DNA of 64,000 nt, taken from NCBI RefSeq assembly GCF_000143415.4, contig NW_003314261.1, forward strand, positions 971,325-1,035,324, read 5' to 3'. This stretch comes from Selaginella moellendorffii. Taxonomy: Eukaryota > Plantae > Lycopodiophyta. The position numbers and the translations under genes are program-made. A model generated the notes under the pieces. That model saw only the letters and a list, made by a program, of their open reading frames with translations. It was not told the DNA's origin and ran no database searches. This document shows, piece by piece, positions 35,401 through 49,480 of this stretch; the stretch's first letter is position 1, and each line of letters opens with the position of its first letter.

Positions 35401-37552
35401 GATGAGGTTCACATGCCCAACGACTCCATGACTTTTGAATAACACCCTTCTCCAACATCTCCTTGACGTTTGCACGTAAAATTTTGATTTTCTTGGGTGA
35501 CTGACGACGAACAGGAACTTTGATTGGATGAGCATCCCCAGTTGGAATTGGATGATGTGTATCAATCTTGGCCCCAGACAATAGGTCAAATTCAAAGATA
35601 TCAGAATACTCCTTCATGAGTTAGTCAACCGCTGCAACACAAAGATTGTCGGAGGGATTAGAAAAGGGAAGAGCAGAACAAAATAGAAATATGGGGGAAC
35701 AAAAGTAATAGAAGCAGAGGTAGAAGTAGAGGGAGGAAGAAGTACGAAAGTGAGAGAAATGGATGAAACATAAGGAAGTATGAGACAAAGGAAAGAAACT
35801 TTAAAGTCACATTTGGCATGATTGTGATACAACTAATCCATACCAAAGATGAGGTAAAAAACTTGACTCGGTACTACTCGCAATAGCTACAACCCAAGCT
35901 CAAGATTGCCCACACACACAACTAGGTTCGCCTCATCCCGTGCACATGCATGTGTGTGATTGTTGCCATAAAGAATGAAAACTAGTTCCACCACATGACG
36001 CAAGTGTAGACGGCAATGTGTGGCAACAGGTCGAGCAATAGAAGATAAACTCAAACCTGTATCAACCAACACGGAGAGAATAATAGGGGACCTCTTGTTA
36101 TAAAAACGAGCTTGGAAAGTAAACACTGGATGAATCGGTGCCAAGTGAACCCCTTAATGATACTTCTAAAAGAAAGATAGAAGGGTCATTGACTTATTCG
36201 CATAAGGTCCCTCCATTACTCACGCGACTCCTTATTTTCTGGATGCATTTCGGTGTCCAGACCTTCCACTACAGCAACACCAACAAGACATTGTTGATGC
36301 CAAGGTCTCCACCTAGGAAATGGAGGTCGCTAATTTGGAAAACATTGACAACGCCGATAAATATGACCAACTTTATTACACGCCCAGCAGTGAATATCAC
36401 GGCCATGACCACGTCCTCACCCTTGTCCTTGGCATCGAGCAACAACAGCATTAACCTCTATTGGAACAAGACCATCACCCATAGAAAATGGAGTTGAAGG
36501 ATGTGCAGCGAGAAGTGGAAGAAGCGACGTCTCATAACATTGTGCCAAATGAAGAGCATCATCAAGGGTGGCGGGAGCAAGTGCATGCACAAATCCGACA
36601 AGATCTTGATAAAGTGTTGGCTACAACATTCTTAGGTTGATTTGTTCCGATATATTTGGCTCCATATGAAGCAAAAGACTGCAGAAATGAACGCCAAATT
36701 GCATCACCAACTCAGATGGCCCTTAGCAAAAATGATGCAATTGTTGAAAGGCATCATCACAATCATCGGCATGTCCGAATGTGCGTTTGAAGACGTCCGG
36801 GAGAACACTCCAATCCCCATGAGTGGCTGCACTCAAACAATTGTACCACTACAATGCCGTCCCTTGGAGACACGTGAGAAACTCATGCAAATATCGAGCA
36901 TCATCCTAAGAATGATATGTGGCAATCACCATGAAGTGATCGAATCAATGGTACATATCATCCCCAAGATTCCTGCAAAAGAACTCCGGCCGAACGTGAA
37001 GATTGGCACCAAGAGCAAAAGGAGTTGTACCACATGCTGTGAACGCCACCATCAACTGAGTTTGGTTGTTCAATTGCAAGCACATAGCATTAAGCAATTA
37101 TACCAACTACTACTCCAGAGTCAAAGGAGGAGATTGTTGATTTGCCATGAAGATGAATGAAATGGAAAGAGCAAAAGAAAATAAATGACAAAAAGCTAGA
37201 AGGAAATGGAGATCTAGACAATGCAAAAAAGCTAAATCTAAACCAAAATCCTGAAAGGAAAGAATAAATAAAAAGAAATGGAAAAAGTTAGATCTAGATG
37301 ATATAAAAGCTAAATCTAAACCAAAATCCCAAATCTAAGCACTCAGAGAAATCAAAGGTACCCCTCACTTCCACCAATGTGAGTGCTTAGAATATGGAAA
37401 GTGAATACAGAAAATATGCATATTGATTAGCCCAAAAACCCTATCTTATATACAAGAGTAAGTGGTCTAGATGAAATCAATCCGATGGCTACCAAAATCC
37501 CACTATGCTAATATTAGTATACAGCATTGTAGCCATACACTTGGCCCTCACA
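32495..37552 (-). mobile_element. Full-length decayed Ty3/gypsy LTR retrotransposon (gag-PR-RT-RH-INT)
   Basis: TG..CA LTRs at 32495-32735 (with internal ~68-bp duplication) and 37378-37552. PBS TGGTGGAAGTGAGGGG (tRNA-Ala-like), PPT AAGAGGAGGGAATGA. LVDTG protease, KTAF..GLYEFLVMPFGL, VDAS RNaseH, SDN...HSQSDGLVE integrase. Many stops. Confidence 0.93.
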
Positions 37553-37960
37553 GTACAAAAATAAAATTAGATTAAGTACAAAAGTATATCTCTATATACT
37601 TATTTATATAGTGTATATAGTTACCAAATGTTAAATTGAAATGAAAAATATTATAAAAATAATAAATAAATAAATAAATAAATATTACCTTTCTGATATT
37701 TACTTTGTTATATTTTATTATTTGAAAAATTTCATTTTGTATAACACAAATGCCTTCTATTGGTCATCATGGTTGCAAAAGCAAAAATGAAAAAATATAA
37801 AAAAAACACAAAACAAACAATACTTATATAGCTATGACAACTTTAAGTCACACACTTAAAAATAATAGTCATGTGCTAATTTGTTTTAGCATTTTTTACT
37901 CTTGCACAAGTACATATATAAATGTTTACAAAAATCAAATTAAAAAGTTATTATTAAATG

Positions 37961-37964
<4 letters not shown>

Positions 37965-38010
<46 letters not shown>

Positions 38011-38144
38011 CACACACATACTCTTTTTCTTAGTATATTTAAATAAGTATATCCTTTCACTTTCTACTCATTTAAAAGCAAAGAACAATAAAAATATAAT
38101 TATAGAAATTGTTAAAAAAGTGTGTGTGTGTGTGCGTGCGTGTA

Positions 38145-38179
<35 letters not shown>

Positions 38180-38180
38180 C
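37965..38180. repeat. Compound (TA)n/(CA)n and (TG)n/(TA)n microsatellites arranged as an inverted pair
   Basis: (TA)n(CA)n at 37965-38018 and (TG)n(TA)n at 38120-38179. Confidence 0.9.
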
Positions 38181-38186
38181 TATGTA

Positions 38187-40335
38187 TATGAGGTCCAAGT
38201 GTATAACTATAATGCTATATAAAAATATTTATGTAGTGGGATTTTAGTAGCCATTGGAGTGGTTTTAATCTAGACCACTCACTCTTGTATATAAATTAGG
38301 GTTTTTTAGTTAGCACATTTCTATATGTCATTTCTGTATTTTATACATTCATATTTATGGAGGTGAAAGGCATCTTTTATTGTCCCTAATGAGTGCTTAG
38401 ATTTGGGTTTTTGATTTAGATATAGCTTTTGTATTGTCTAAATCTCACTTTCCTTGTAACTTTCTCATTTTTTATTTTTTTTATTTTTATTCATCTTTAT
38501 GGCAAAACAATAGTCTCTTCCTATTTTGACTCTAGAGTAGTAATTAGTGCAATTGCTCGATGCTATGCAGTTGCAATTAAACAATCAGACTTAGTTGATG
38601 ACAACATTCATGATATATGGTACAGTTCCTCCTATTTTTGTTGTAAATCTTCATATTTGGCTAAGAGTTCTTCCATGAGAATCCTAAGGATCATGTGTAT
38701 TATTGATTTGATCACTTTATAGTGATTGCCACCTATCATTCTTGGAATGATGTTTGGCATTTATATAAATTTCTCACGTGTTTCCGAGAAACAGTATTGC
38801 AATGGTAAAATAGTCTGTCCAAGAGAAAAGTATCATTAAGGGTGACTAAAGTAAGTGCATACACAAGTCTCATAAAATTTTGATGAAGTGTTGGTTATAA
38901 CATTTGCAATTTGATCTGCTCTAACATATTTGGCTCCACATGAAGCAAGAAATTTCAAAAGTAAATGCTAAATTACATTATTGATTTAGACAACCTTTGA
39001 CGAATTGATGAAATTATTAGAAGGTATCATCACAATTGTTAGTATGTCTAAATATGTGCTTGAAGACGTCTAGGAGAATGCTTTAATTTGTATAAGTGGC
39101 TGCAGTTAATGTTATGGGATAACACTTTTTCCATTTCTTATTGCACATCCTTTAACTTCATTTCCTATGGGAGATGGTCTTGTTTTGAATGTTGATGCTA
39201 TTGCTGCTCAAGTTTAAAGACAAGGGTGAAGACGTGGTCATGTCTGTGATGTCCACTGTTAAACATGTGATGAAGTTAGTCATACATATTGATGTTGTCA
39301 ATGTTTTCTAGATTGGTATCCTCCATTTCTGGGTGGAAGCCTTAGCGTCAACAATATCCTATTGCTGTTGTGGAAGTTTTGGACACCTAAATTCTTCTAG
39401 GAAATAAAGATTCATGTGAATAGTGAAGTCAATTTTATGCGAATAAGTCAATGACCCCTCCATCCTTCTTTTACTAGTACCATCAAGGGTTCACTTAGCA
39501 CTAATTCATCTAGTGTTTACTTTCCAAACTCATTTTTATAACAAGAAATCTCATGTTATTCTCTTCATGTTGGTTGATACAAGCTCAAGTTTATCTTCTA
39601 TTGTTTAGCCTATTGCCATATATTGTCAACTACAATTGTGTTGTGTGGCAAAGCCACCATTTTTATGGCAACAGTTATACATATGCATATGTATGGGATA
39701 AGACAAACTTAATTGTGTATATTAGAGATCTCAAACTTCAAATATTGTAGGTGGTGCCAAGTCAAGTTTTGGACTTCATCCTTAATATAAATTGGTTGTA
39801 ATGCAATTATGCCAAGTGTGATTTTAAAGTTTCTCCCCCTTATTTTATACTTCTTCATATTTCTTTCATTCCTCTTATGTTTATTCTTTTTCATCCCTTT
39901 ATTTCTATTTTTTACTTCCATCATTTTTGTCTCCCCATTACTTTCTACTGTGTCCCTATCTTGTTCCTTTATTCTTTTACCAAATTTCTCTAACGATCTT
40001 TGTGTCACAATAGTGGATCAACTCAAGGAGTATATTGATCTTTTTAGTTTTGACATGTCGTCTAGAGCCAAGATTACAATATGTCATTTTATTTCAACTG
40101 GGGATGTTTGTTCAATCAAAGTTTCTATTTGGCATTAGTCACTAAAAGAGATTAAGATTTTATGCATGAACATTAAGAAAATGTTAGAAAATGGTGTTAT
40201 CTAAAAATCTTAAAGTTCTTGGGCATGTGAACCTCATTTTATAATGAAACTTAATAAGAGTCTTCACTTTTCCATTGACTATTATTTATTAAACAAAGTG
40301 ACTATCCTAGAAGTGTACCCTCTTTCTCACATAGC
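38187..40335 (+). mobile_element. Truncated relic of the same gypsy family (5' LTR, gag, PR, start of RT)
   Basis: Reverse-complement similarity to 35300-37552 (LTR GTCCAAGTGTATAACTATAATGC; CTTGGGCATGTGAACCTCAT). Confidence 0.8.
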
Positions 40336-40890
40336 TAATAAAATATAGGCCTAGTTTTTAATAAATTTCTATATAAATTAACATATTACTTTTTGGTTTG
40401 CTTAAGCAAACCTGGAGGGTAGAGGATATACTTAGAGTATACTTGGATATTTTAGGATATTTTACCATCTAATGGTTGTTATTCATTTAGATTAATCTTG
40501 TATTTATAATTTATAAAATTGATTAAACAATTTCTAGTGTATTCTTTTTTATTCTACCATCTATATGCAATAAGATTAATCTTGTGTATATAAATTATAA
40601 ACATATTTATAATTATAAATTTTTATTTGATCAATTTAATTAATAAGTAGGAATAACACTACTATTAAGCAAACCAAGCATTGCTACATGCAACATGTAG
40701 CAAATTTTTTAAAATTTAAGTGCTTTAAAGTTTTATAAATTAAATTTTATTTTATAATAATTACAATTTATTTATTTATATAAATAGTCTATGAGTGCAA
40801 ATTAAGTATTATATATGTATATTTGTAGAAGTCCAACTCAGAATTTCAAGAACTCTTGAGAAGTTGCACTGACTGACCAATTGAACAAGC

Positions 40891-43070
40891 TTATGTATCT
40901 ATCCACATCCTCAAAGAAGATACATCCACTCCAATTCTTGAGGCACACCACCTCCTCTTCTCTTTTGCCAGTTGAGTCGACAATGGTGATACTTGCTGTG
41001 TGCTCGCTTGAACAAAGTTGACGGACATAAAAACGAGCGAGTCATGAACAGGAACCACAATGTGCTCCTGTTCCTTGGGCCTGTCCATGCAGAAGTTGAT
41101 GATGAAAACCTGTGCTGAATGCTAATCATGGTAAAGAAGCGCCCTCGTCATGTGCTCGCTTATTTGTGCCATAGTACCGTTTGCAACAATCTCCACTGCA
41201 AACTTGGAGAAGTTGGTACCGTCGTGAATAAGAGAGTCACAGCGCATCCCAGACCGCCTCTGATCTGGCACAATCTCCTCCTTGACTTCAGGTAGAACTG
41301 TCGCTGGAATGCAAGGATAAGCGTGCTTCAATATGGCCTTCATGCTGCATAGAAAGAGGAACTGGTGCATGTATTCGGAGCACTCGGGCCTGCACATAAC
41401 TTCTCCGTCCAGGTTCTTGATGGCCTGAAGAAGCAGCCAGACGCGGTCCAGTCAAGTAGCACAAGGAGGTGCATCCACGTCGTCGCAGAGGGTAGTGCAC
41501 CTCCGGAGCATAGCAGTCCGAAGCAGTGGCGTTGAAATGCATACATAATATGTTTCTGCCCCACTTTCCTCATCGTCACTGTCCCAATCTGTAACTGCGA
41601 GCACCCCGTGTGCAATAAAATCGCGGAGTTGCACCAGCGTCTCGGGTCCGCAATATAGACCTGGAATCTCCAGGTACCGAATCAGCAGCTTGCACGCCTT
41701 GATATCTTGCTCCTGTTTCCGTATAAAGCCGAGAATCCTATTGTATGTAGCCTGTCCGTATGTAAGCTCCCAGGTGATACGACTCTGCTCGCCGGAGCCA
41801 GCGCCTGAACGTCCAGAGCTCCTCCTGAACAAGGTAAGCTAGGCAAGTGCCTGTGAGGCCCTTGTGACCGCCAGTCCACTGCATTATCGACGCTGCAATG
41901 CTGTCCACCTCGATGGCCACACTTGGATGATCCGCTGCTGCCTGTTGTAATGCTTTATTTCGTTAAAGTGGGACTTTTCATTATCCCACTTATGGTGTGT
42001 GGCCACATGCCATTTTTATAATAACAATAAAAAATTGAAGTTTTAATTTTATAATTTATAAATTAAAAACTTTTCATATGATTTTGTGTTATAATATTGT
42101 GAAATATAAAAAAATAAATTAAAAAACTGATAGAAATATTAATAAATATTAATTAAGTACTAGGAAATGGCATGTGGACACATGCTAATTAATGTCCCAC
42201 TTTACTGAATAAGTCCCACTTTAACGAAATAAAGCATTGTAACAGTTCCCTCACGTGTTCCAGAGTGAACCTTGAGGATGCCAGGACATGGTCGTGCGGA
42301 AAGGGAGACAGATGACTTGAAGTAGAACTTGGCATATGCGTGCGCTCAGTCCTTGCTGCATGATTGTTGTATTGTGCTTCAAGAAGATCCTTTACAGTCT
42401 CCACCCCAACAAGCAGGAAGCCGTGCAAGTTGTACGCATCCTTGTCGCTCTTGATGCTTCTGATGGTGGCAAAGAACTCGTGCACGATGTCCGACGGTAT
42501 GTTCAGCAGAGAATCTGCCTCGTCGAGGATGACAGTCACCAGTGTTTGCAGCTTGCTCCTTACGAAGAGCGACTTGAAGACGAGAGGTGTATAGCATGGT
42601 AGCTGCTGCTTGGGGAAGAGAGTGGGACACTTCAAGGTGAGGGTGTCACAGATATAGCCCCAAAAGTCATGGCTGCTCCAACTCATCCTCGCACCCTCCA
42701 GTCCATCCAGGTAGATCAAAGTTGCTTCGGACTGTAACGTGAGCTTCCTCCGAGCTGCCAGCACCATTGTCGACTTTCCACTCTGTCGAGGGCCACACAG
42801 CACGCAGTACTTGCCCTGCGCCAGGTCAGATACCAGGTCGACCATGTCGGGGGTGATATAGTAATTCGACACTGGATCGACTGCAAGCCCAGCTGCAAAT
42901 CGTCGCTTTGGACGTGACTCATTTCCAGCCTGAACCGTGTAATCGAGAGGTGGAGCGAGCTTGAAGTCTCTCGCCAGAATGATTTCCCCTGCCCTGGATT
43001 CCAGCATCAGTATATCACAACTCGTTTCGATCTCCCTCGAGATCCTCCACGCCCACCTCTTTTGTGTGCA
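40891..43070 (-). pseudogene. Crinkler-like P-loop NTPase + PD-(D/E)xK nuclease gene, disrupted by MITE, frameshift and stops
   Basis: Walker A CGPRQSGKST, Walker B VILDEAD, WTGGHKGL, C-terminal VLPEVK..RCDSLIHDG..FAVEIVA...EHMTRA..Y. Removing the MITE restores ELLQQAAADHP. Frameshift at ~41760, TGA at 41452, TAG at 41122. Confidence 0.75.
41951..42236. mobile_element. 286-bp MITE, non-autonomous derivative of the large transposon at 1-11565
   Basis: Perfect 26-bp TIR TGCTTTATTTCGTTAAAGTGGGACTT; 6-bp TSD TTGTAA (41945-41950 / 42237-42242); subterminal palindrome copies at 41992 and 42167. Confidence 0.95.
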
Positions 43071-44701
43071 CGCTTCAATTGAATTTAACTTAACCTAAAT
43101 CTTGTAATTACTAATAACAATTATTGAGCTATGTTTTTATATTTATGCGTATTATACATTTATAGTTTTTTATGTTTGACTTTTTTATTTTTTATTATAT
43201 TTTGATTGTGTTCTATATCTCTCATCTGAGGATTTTTTTAATGTTTGTATCACAGTTGAAGCTGTATAAGCACAATACTGAATTTTAGTTCCTAGTTGAA
43301 TAAATTTATCATAATGCTAATATTGCAGATTAAAAGCATTTTGTTGTATGTATTGTTCTTGCTGCTGCTGGTTGTATAGAAATTGTGTTCTTGATAATGT
43401 ATAATTATTAATTTTTTATTTGTATTCACTTAAAACATGGCTCGAATTATGGAATTTTGTGAACATAATTGTTTTCCTACTATATCAATTTCAAATTTTA
43501 TCCATAATATTTCTTTATTTTGAGATATATATTTCATACTAAGCCATCTTGTGTTTTTATATTTAAAGTATCTCAATTTTTATTTCTTTTTTTATTATTA
43601 AGCTTCCTGGAACATTTTGTATTACTTGATCATTATGTTTCTTTACTTGTTTATTTGTATAAAGTACAATTTGTTGTTATTTTTTATTAATTATCTCTAT
43701 ATTTTCTTCATTTTGCTCAGATGTTCTTATTCTATTTAGTTATCATCCTTTTGTCTCATTATTTCTGTAAGTTCGTCCTTCCATGGATGTATAACTAGTA
43801 AATGAGTAATAATAACTCATATTGTTTATTAGGAGAAAACTTCACTGTGACAGGCTCCATAATAGAAAAAGTGTTATAAAGCTTGAAGTGGGTTTTCTAT
43901 CATATTAGTCATGTTTGTAATTGCTATTGACATTTTTGGTATGGACAAAGAAAATAAAAAAGCATAAAATTAGCATTAACCATCATTAAAGATGACCTTT
44001 TTATTGATTTTTATCCCAGGTATAAACCATTTTTTATATCTTATCCACCAACACCACCATTTCTGTTAAATTGACCATACAATATCCATCATTAACAAGG
44101 TTGAGAAACCATGCAACTACAAGCACACACACACACACACACTTCCAGAAACTTCGAAAGCATGTGTTTAATTTAATAGATCCTTTTTTGTCATATCAAC
44201 TTGAGACTACTGGATCCTTAAGCTCTACAAATGGCTAAGATTGCTTTTGCTTTGCAAATATTCCACTGGTCAGAGATTAGGTCCTCCACCAAGAGGTTGG
44301 CCCGCATCACGTCATGGGAAGAGACGCTCGACAAGATCCAAGCTTGGCAGTCCAACGCTCTCCATCACGTAAGTTTCAATGTTGTTTTCTCATAGTTCTC
44401 TCTTTTAAGTTTTACTTTGTCTCACTCGTTAGGGGGAGGATTGCTGTTCTACCCGATCGGATGCTGGATCATTGAAGCTCTAAAGCTGTAGACCAAGAGC
44501 ATATGTGCCAAATACCAAGAGTCATGCCTGGCTCACAGGTTCGTCTTTGAGATCTTCACTTGCTAGAATATCTAGGTGCTGCCAAGACGATCTTTTCAGA
44601 ACAGTTACATTGGACGCACGACTCATCGCCCTCGGAAGTTAGGGCTCAAGAGTTGGAGGGGAAGACCCAAAGTTTTTGGAGAGGAAAATCCTTTCGTCCA
44701 A

Positions 44702-47700
44702 TGTTATGATCCGGCGCAAAAAGACAAAGATCTAGCTGCCCTAGACTATGCTATGCCACCTCTTGAGGTTCCTCACCACCCAACCACCCCCGAGCTACTT
44801 CAAAAGCTCCATTGTGCCGCCGCTCCACTGTAAGCCTTAGGGTAGGTTTTGTCCCTTACCCTAACATGCCTTAATATACCCTTGAGCCTCCCTTTGACCG
44901 ACATTGACCACGTAGTCAAAGCTGGTGCCTAACAATTCTTCCCCCCCAAGAAAGTCCTTGTCCCAAGGACGAGTTGTACCGGTGATCACCCTTTCTGAGG
45001 AATTCTGCTCAAGCTCCTGGTCCATCTTCCACAGCCGTATACATCAAGGAGGCATTGGGTCCGTCCCTCCGAGATAGTACACTTTTCAACTGGCTGACAT
45101 AAAATACCGGATGAATTTTCAATCACTCTTCCCTATCCATAAAGGCACCAAGGTGTTCTGCCACTCACTTGACGGAAAGATCACTCGCACAAAGACGAGA
45201 TCACCCACCTTATATTCCTGGAATTGGTGATGCTCATTAGCAAACTTCTCCACTCTATCCTGAGCTGCTTGCAAATTCCATTTGCACACCACCAGAATCT
45301 CATCAAGTTCTGTGGCTAGATCAGTTGCCTCGGAATCAAGCTTATCTTGAACGTCTTTGCTCAAATGCAATCCCAATTCCACTGTTGTTCGAGGATGCCT
45401 TCCAAACATAGCAAAGTAAAGACTTAGCTTGGTTCCACAGTGTTAGCTATTGTTATAAGCAAATTGCACCAACGGAAGATATAGATCCCATTGTCCTTGC
45501 CTTTGACCAATGCTACAACATAGCATATCCTCCACCACCTAATTCACACGCTCGGTTTGCCCATCCGTCTGAGGATGATCTCCACTCGAGAGTTTCAAAG
45601 TCACTTGCATAGCCTTTGCAAAGATTTTCCAAAATCCATTGGTGAACTTTGAATCTCAATCACTAATGATGTCCTCTGGCAAACCAAAATCAGGAAAAAC
45701 CTTCTCCAAGTAAACCGTAGCCAAGTCTAAGGCAGTGACAATCTTCCGAAGAGCTAACAACTGCACATACTTCGTCAACTGATCCACTATGACCCATACT
45801 TGCTCCTTTTGTCTCTGTGTTCATGGCAAACAAGTGATGAAGTCCATAGAGATAATACACTAACGGCTCTAAGGAATAGGTAAAGGTTGCAAAAGTCCCC
45901 CCGGCTTCTCCCATGGCACCTTAACCCGCTGACAAAGCTCGCATGATTTACAATACTTGAGGATATCAGCCTTCATATTCCTCCAATAAAAGTTGTGTTT
46001 AATCAACTCATACGTCTTCTTCCCCCCAAAATGACCGGCCTCTGGACGATCATGATAGTGGAATAAAACTTGAGTAATTATCACATCCACCCGTGGCAAA
46101 TATACACGGCCATTGTAGTAGACAATCCCATCCACCAATGAGAAAGGGGCTTCCATCTGGGCTCGCAAAGAGGCCACCTCAACATCCTGAGCCTGAGCAT
46201 GCTCAACCAACTGCCCAAACTCGCTGACCACCTTACTCAAATGATGACAAAATCGTTATCGTAACGTCGTCACATGACAAACATGAGATAAAGCATCTGC
46301 CACCACATTTGATTTTCCCGGATGATGCTCAATAGGAAACTCCCCAAACTCCATGAGTTTAACCATCTAACAAGCTTGCCTAGTGTTTAACTCCTTCTGT
46401 GTGAAAAGATACACAAGTGGTTTGTGATCTGTCAACACCACGAACACTGCACCATAAAGATAATGCCGCCACATCTGCAAAGCATGAACAATAGAGAGTA
46501 ACTCTTGCTCATATGTGGAATAGCGTTGCTCCGCGGAATTCAAAGTTTGACCCTCATATGCAATAGGCTGTCCCTCTTGCATGAGAACTCCTCCCAGTGC
46601 ATAACCACTCGCATCGCATGTCACCTCGTAAGATTTCGATGGATCAGCAATGCGAAGCACTGGAGTCTCGCTCAACAATCGTTTCAGCGCCATAAAACTC
46701 TCCTCTTGTGGCTTCTTCCACTCAAATGGCACATTCTTGCGTAACAACTGCGTTAGGAATAGCCACAAAGGAATAGCCACCTTTGCAAACTTATGCTGGA
46801 AACATTGGTAGTAACTAGCCATACCAAGAAAACTGTGCAACTCGGCTACTGTAGTCGGTATAGGCTAGTTTTCCACCACAGCCACCTTCCTTGGATCCGT
46901 CTTGACACCCTTAGATGTCACAATATGGCCTAGATATTCCACCTCTGACTTTGCAAATTTACATTTGCTCTTCTTCGCATAAAGTTTGCTGTCTCGAAGT
47001 AACAAAAGAACCTTGTGCAAATGCACCCTATGCTCCTCCATATTCTTGCTAAAAACAAGAATATCATCCAAGAAAATCTCCACAAACTCATGAAGATAAT
47101 GCCCAAATACCTCCGTCATCAACCGAGTAAATGTGGCAGGTGCATTTGTCAAACCAAACGGCATAACTGTAAACTCAAAATGTTCAAAGCTTGTGTTGAA
47201 TGCCGTCTTGGAGATAAATGCATTATCCATTGCAATCTGATGATATCCACTCCTTAGATCAATCTTGGTAAACACTCGTGCTTCACCAAGCTTGTCCAAG
47301 ATATCATCCACACGTGGCATCGGCATTTTATCCTTCACTGTCTTCTTGTTCAAAGCGCAGTAGTCAATACACATTCACATTGAACTGTCCTTCTTCTTCA
47401 CAAGCAAGACCGGAGCACCAAACAGAGACTTACTTGGCTGAATAAATCCAAACTCAAGTAACTCCTTGACTTGTCGTTGAACTTTTTGCTCCTCCGCATA
47501 ACTTAACTGGAATGGACGCCGGTAAATGGGTCGTGTCCCCGGCTCCAATGTAATCCCATGCTCCACACCTCGTAATGGAGGCAACCTTTCATGTGGAAAA
47601 ACATCAGAAAACTCATCTAGTACATCCCGTACTGCTACTTCTCCCCCACACATGCCTTGGTCGCCCAAGTCACGAACAAACAGCAAGTAACTCAAAAGTG

Positions 47701-49480
47701 CTTTTTCATTACGACAAGCCCGCTTCAAAGATATAGCAGAGAGCATAATAACTAGTGGTTGAACGCCCTCGCCAAACCACACATCTTTAACGCCACTATA
47801 CTTCAGCGAGATATGCTTAATGCTCCACTTTATCTCTGGATCCACCTTCACCAACCATGGCATCCCAAGAATGAGATCCACACGATGGATATCCGCGAGA
47901 TAAAAAGTCTCCACAAGTGTGGTTTTGCCAACCAACACTTCCAGCCCCTCGACACAAGCATCGAAATGCTAAGCAGAGGTAGCTGCACCCTCCACTGTGT
48001 ATGGAAGAACGCCGCGTGTGACCAGGCCATAAACTTTGCCAAAACAAAGTTGTCATCACTCCCACTATCCAGTAAAATCCGCACTGGATCGCCACGGAAC
48101 ACGCCCTCCAGCATTAAAGCTGATTCACACATATCCTCGAGCTCCATCTTGTTCCACACACAGTTGAGTTGACGAGCAACGATCGAAAGTCACTTCCTTC
48201 GACCGGAATAGTCGTTCTCCTCATCCTCACGCTGCAAAGTTTGCAACTTTTTAGTATCTGACTTACCGTGAGAAGAAGATTGGCCATTCTTCTTGTCCTG
48301 CTACTTGTTCTTCAACTACAGACAATCAGCCTTGTAGTGTCCAAGTTCGCCGCAATGATGACAACCCTGTCTATAATTCTTCACAAAGAACTTCTACTTC
48401 TTGGACCCCTTTGCATCCGAGGTAGTCACCACCGACTTCAACTTGTGATGCTTGTTCCCATCCTTGTGTCCACGGTGATCATCACGACGATTCTCGACAG
48501 AAGGACTCTGCAAACATTTGCAAGACTTGTGCTTGTCATTATCAAGTCGACGAGCCACATCAAAGAGCTCCTCCAAACAATTTATAGGCTAAGAATGACG
48601 CAAGTGTTATTGCATGCTCTCACTATATAGTCCATCAATGAAGTAGGACTTGTTCTGATCCAGATCCTTCGTTGGAACACGACTAATCAAGCGAGTAAGC
48701 TTCTCAATATAGTCCCCGAGCGTCATTTTCCCTTGCTGGAAATGTCGAAGTTCTATACAAGCATTCTCCATGTCGTAATGAGGGGCAAAACGTAAACGAA
48801 AAGCAGCCTCAAACTCATCCATGGTAGACACTGGTGGTTTCTTATCCGCAACACGGGACTCCTCAAGCCAATTCCACCATCGGAGACCCGCATCACGCAA
48901 AACCATTGGAATAGCCACTAAAGCCTCTGCATCTGGAGTTCCTCTAGCAGCCAAGAACTTCTTCACATTGGCTAGCCAAGTGAGACACTCATCCACACCA
49001 CCATCACTGGAAAAGGTTGGAATCTTGAGTCAATCTACCAAAGAAAGCTTACTCGGAGCACTACCCCGTCTAGCCTTGAGTGCCTCAACACGCCCACGCA
49101 TGGTATCCATCATGCCATGCATCTCATTTTGCATCTCTTGCTGATTTCGATTAAGAGCTCGCAGCTCATGAACCACATCTTGAATGGTCCAAATCTCGGC
49201 ACCATCGTCAGCACCACCATTGGCAATAGGATTTTAGCATTCAGCTTGGTCGGATTAAGGCATGTTAGGGTAAAGGACAAAACCTACTCTAAGGCTCATA
49301 GTGGAGTAGTGGAGCTTTTGAGGTAGTTCGGGGGTGGTTGGGTGGTGAGGAACCCCAAGAGGTGGCGTAGCATAGTCTAGGGCGGCTAGATCTTTGTCTT
49401 TTTGCGCCGGATCATAACATTGGTATCAGAGAATTGGTTGTGATGGACGTTGACCACATAGTCAAAGCTGGCACCTAACA
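44702..49480 (-). mobile_element. Full-length decayed Ty3/gypsy element (tRNA-iMet PBS) with an internal inversion of 5' LTR/PBS
   Basis: 3' LTR 44702-44934, PPT at ~44935-44950; gag (48607-48996, CCHC zinc knuckle ~48330-48375), LLDSGS protease, RT (KIDLRSGYHQI, FLDDIL), RNaseH (CDASG), integrase (HPQTDGQTE); TSD TCCAA/TCAAA. Confidence 0.93.

Noticed and set aside
36642-37160. 172-aa plus-strand ORF in gypsy element as an extra antisense gene
   Set aside because: Opposite strand encodes decayed gag (RPEFF..FDHF..LQGTAL*WY..F).
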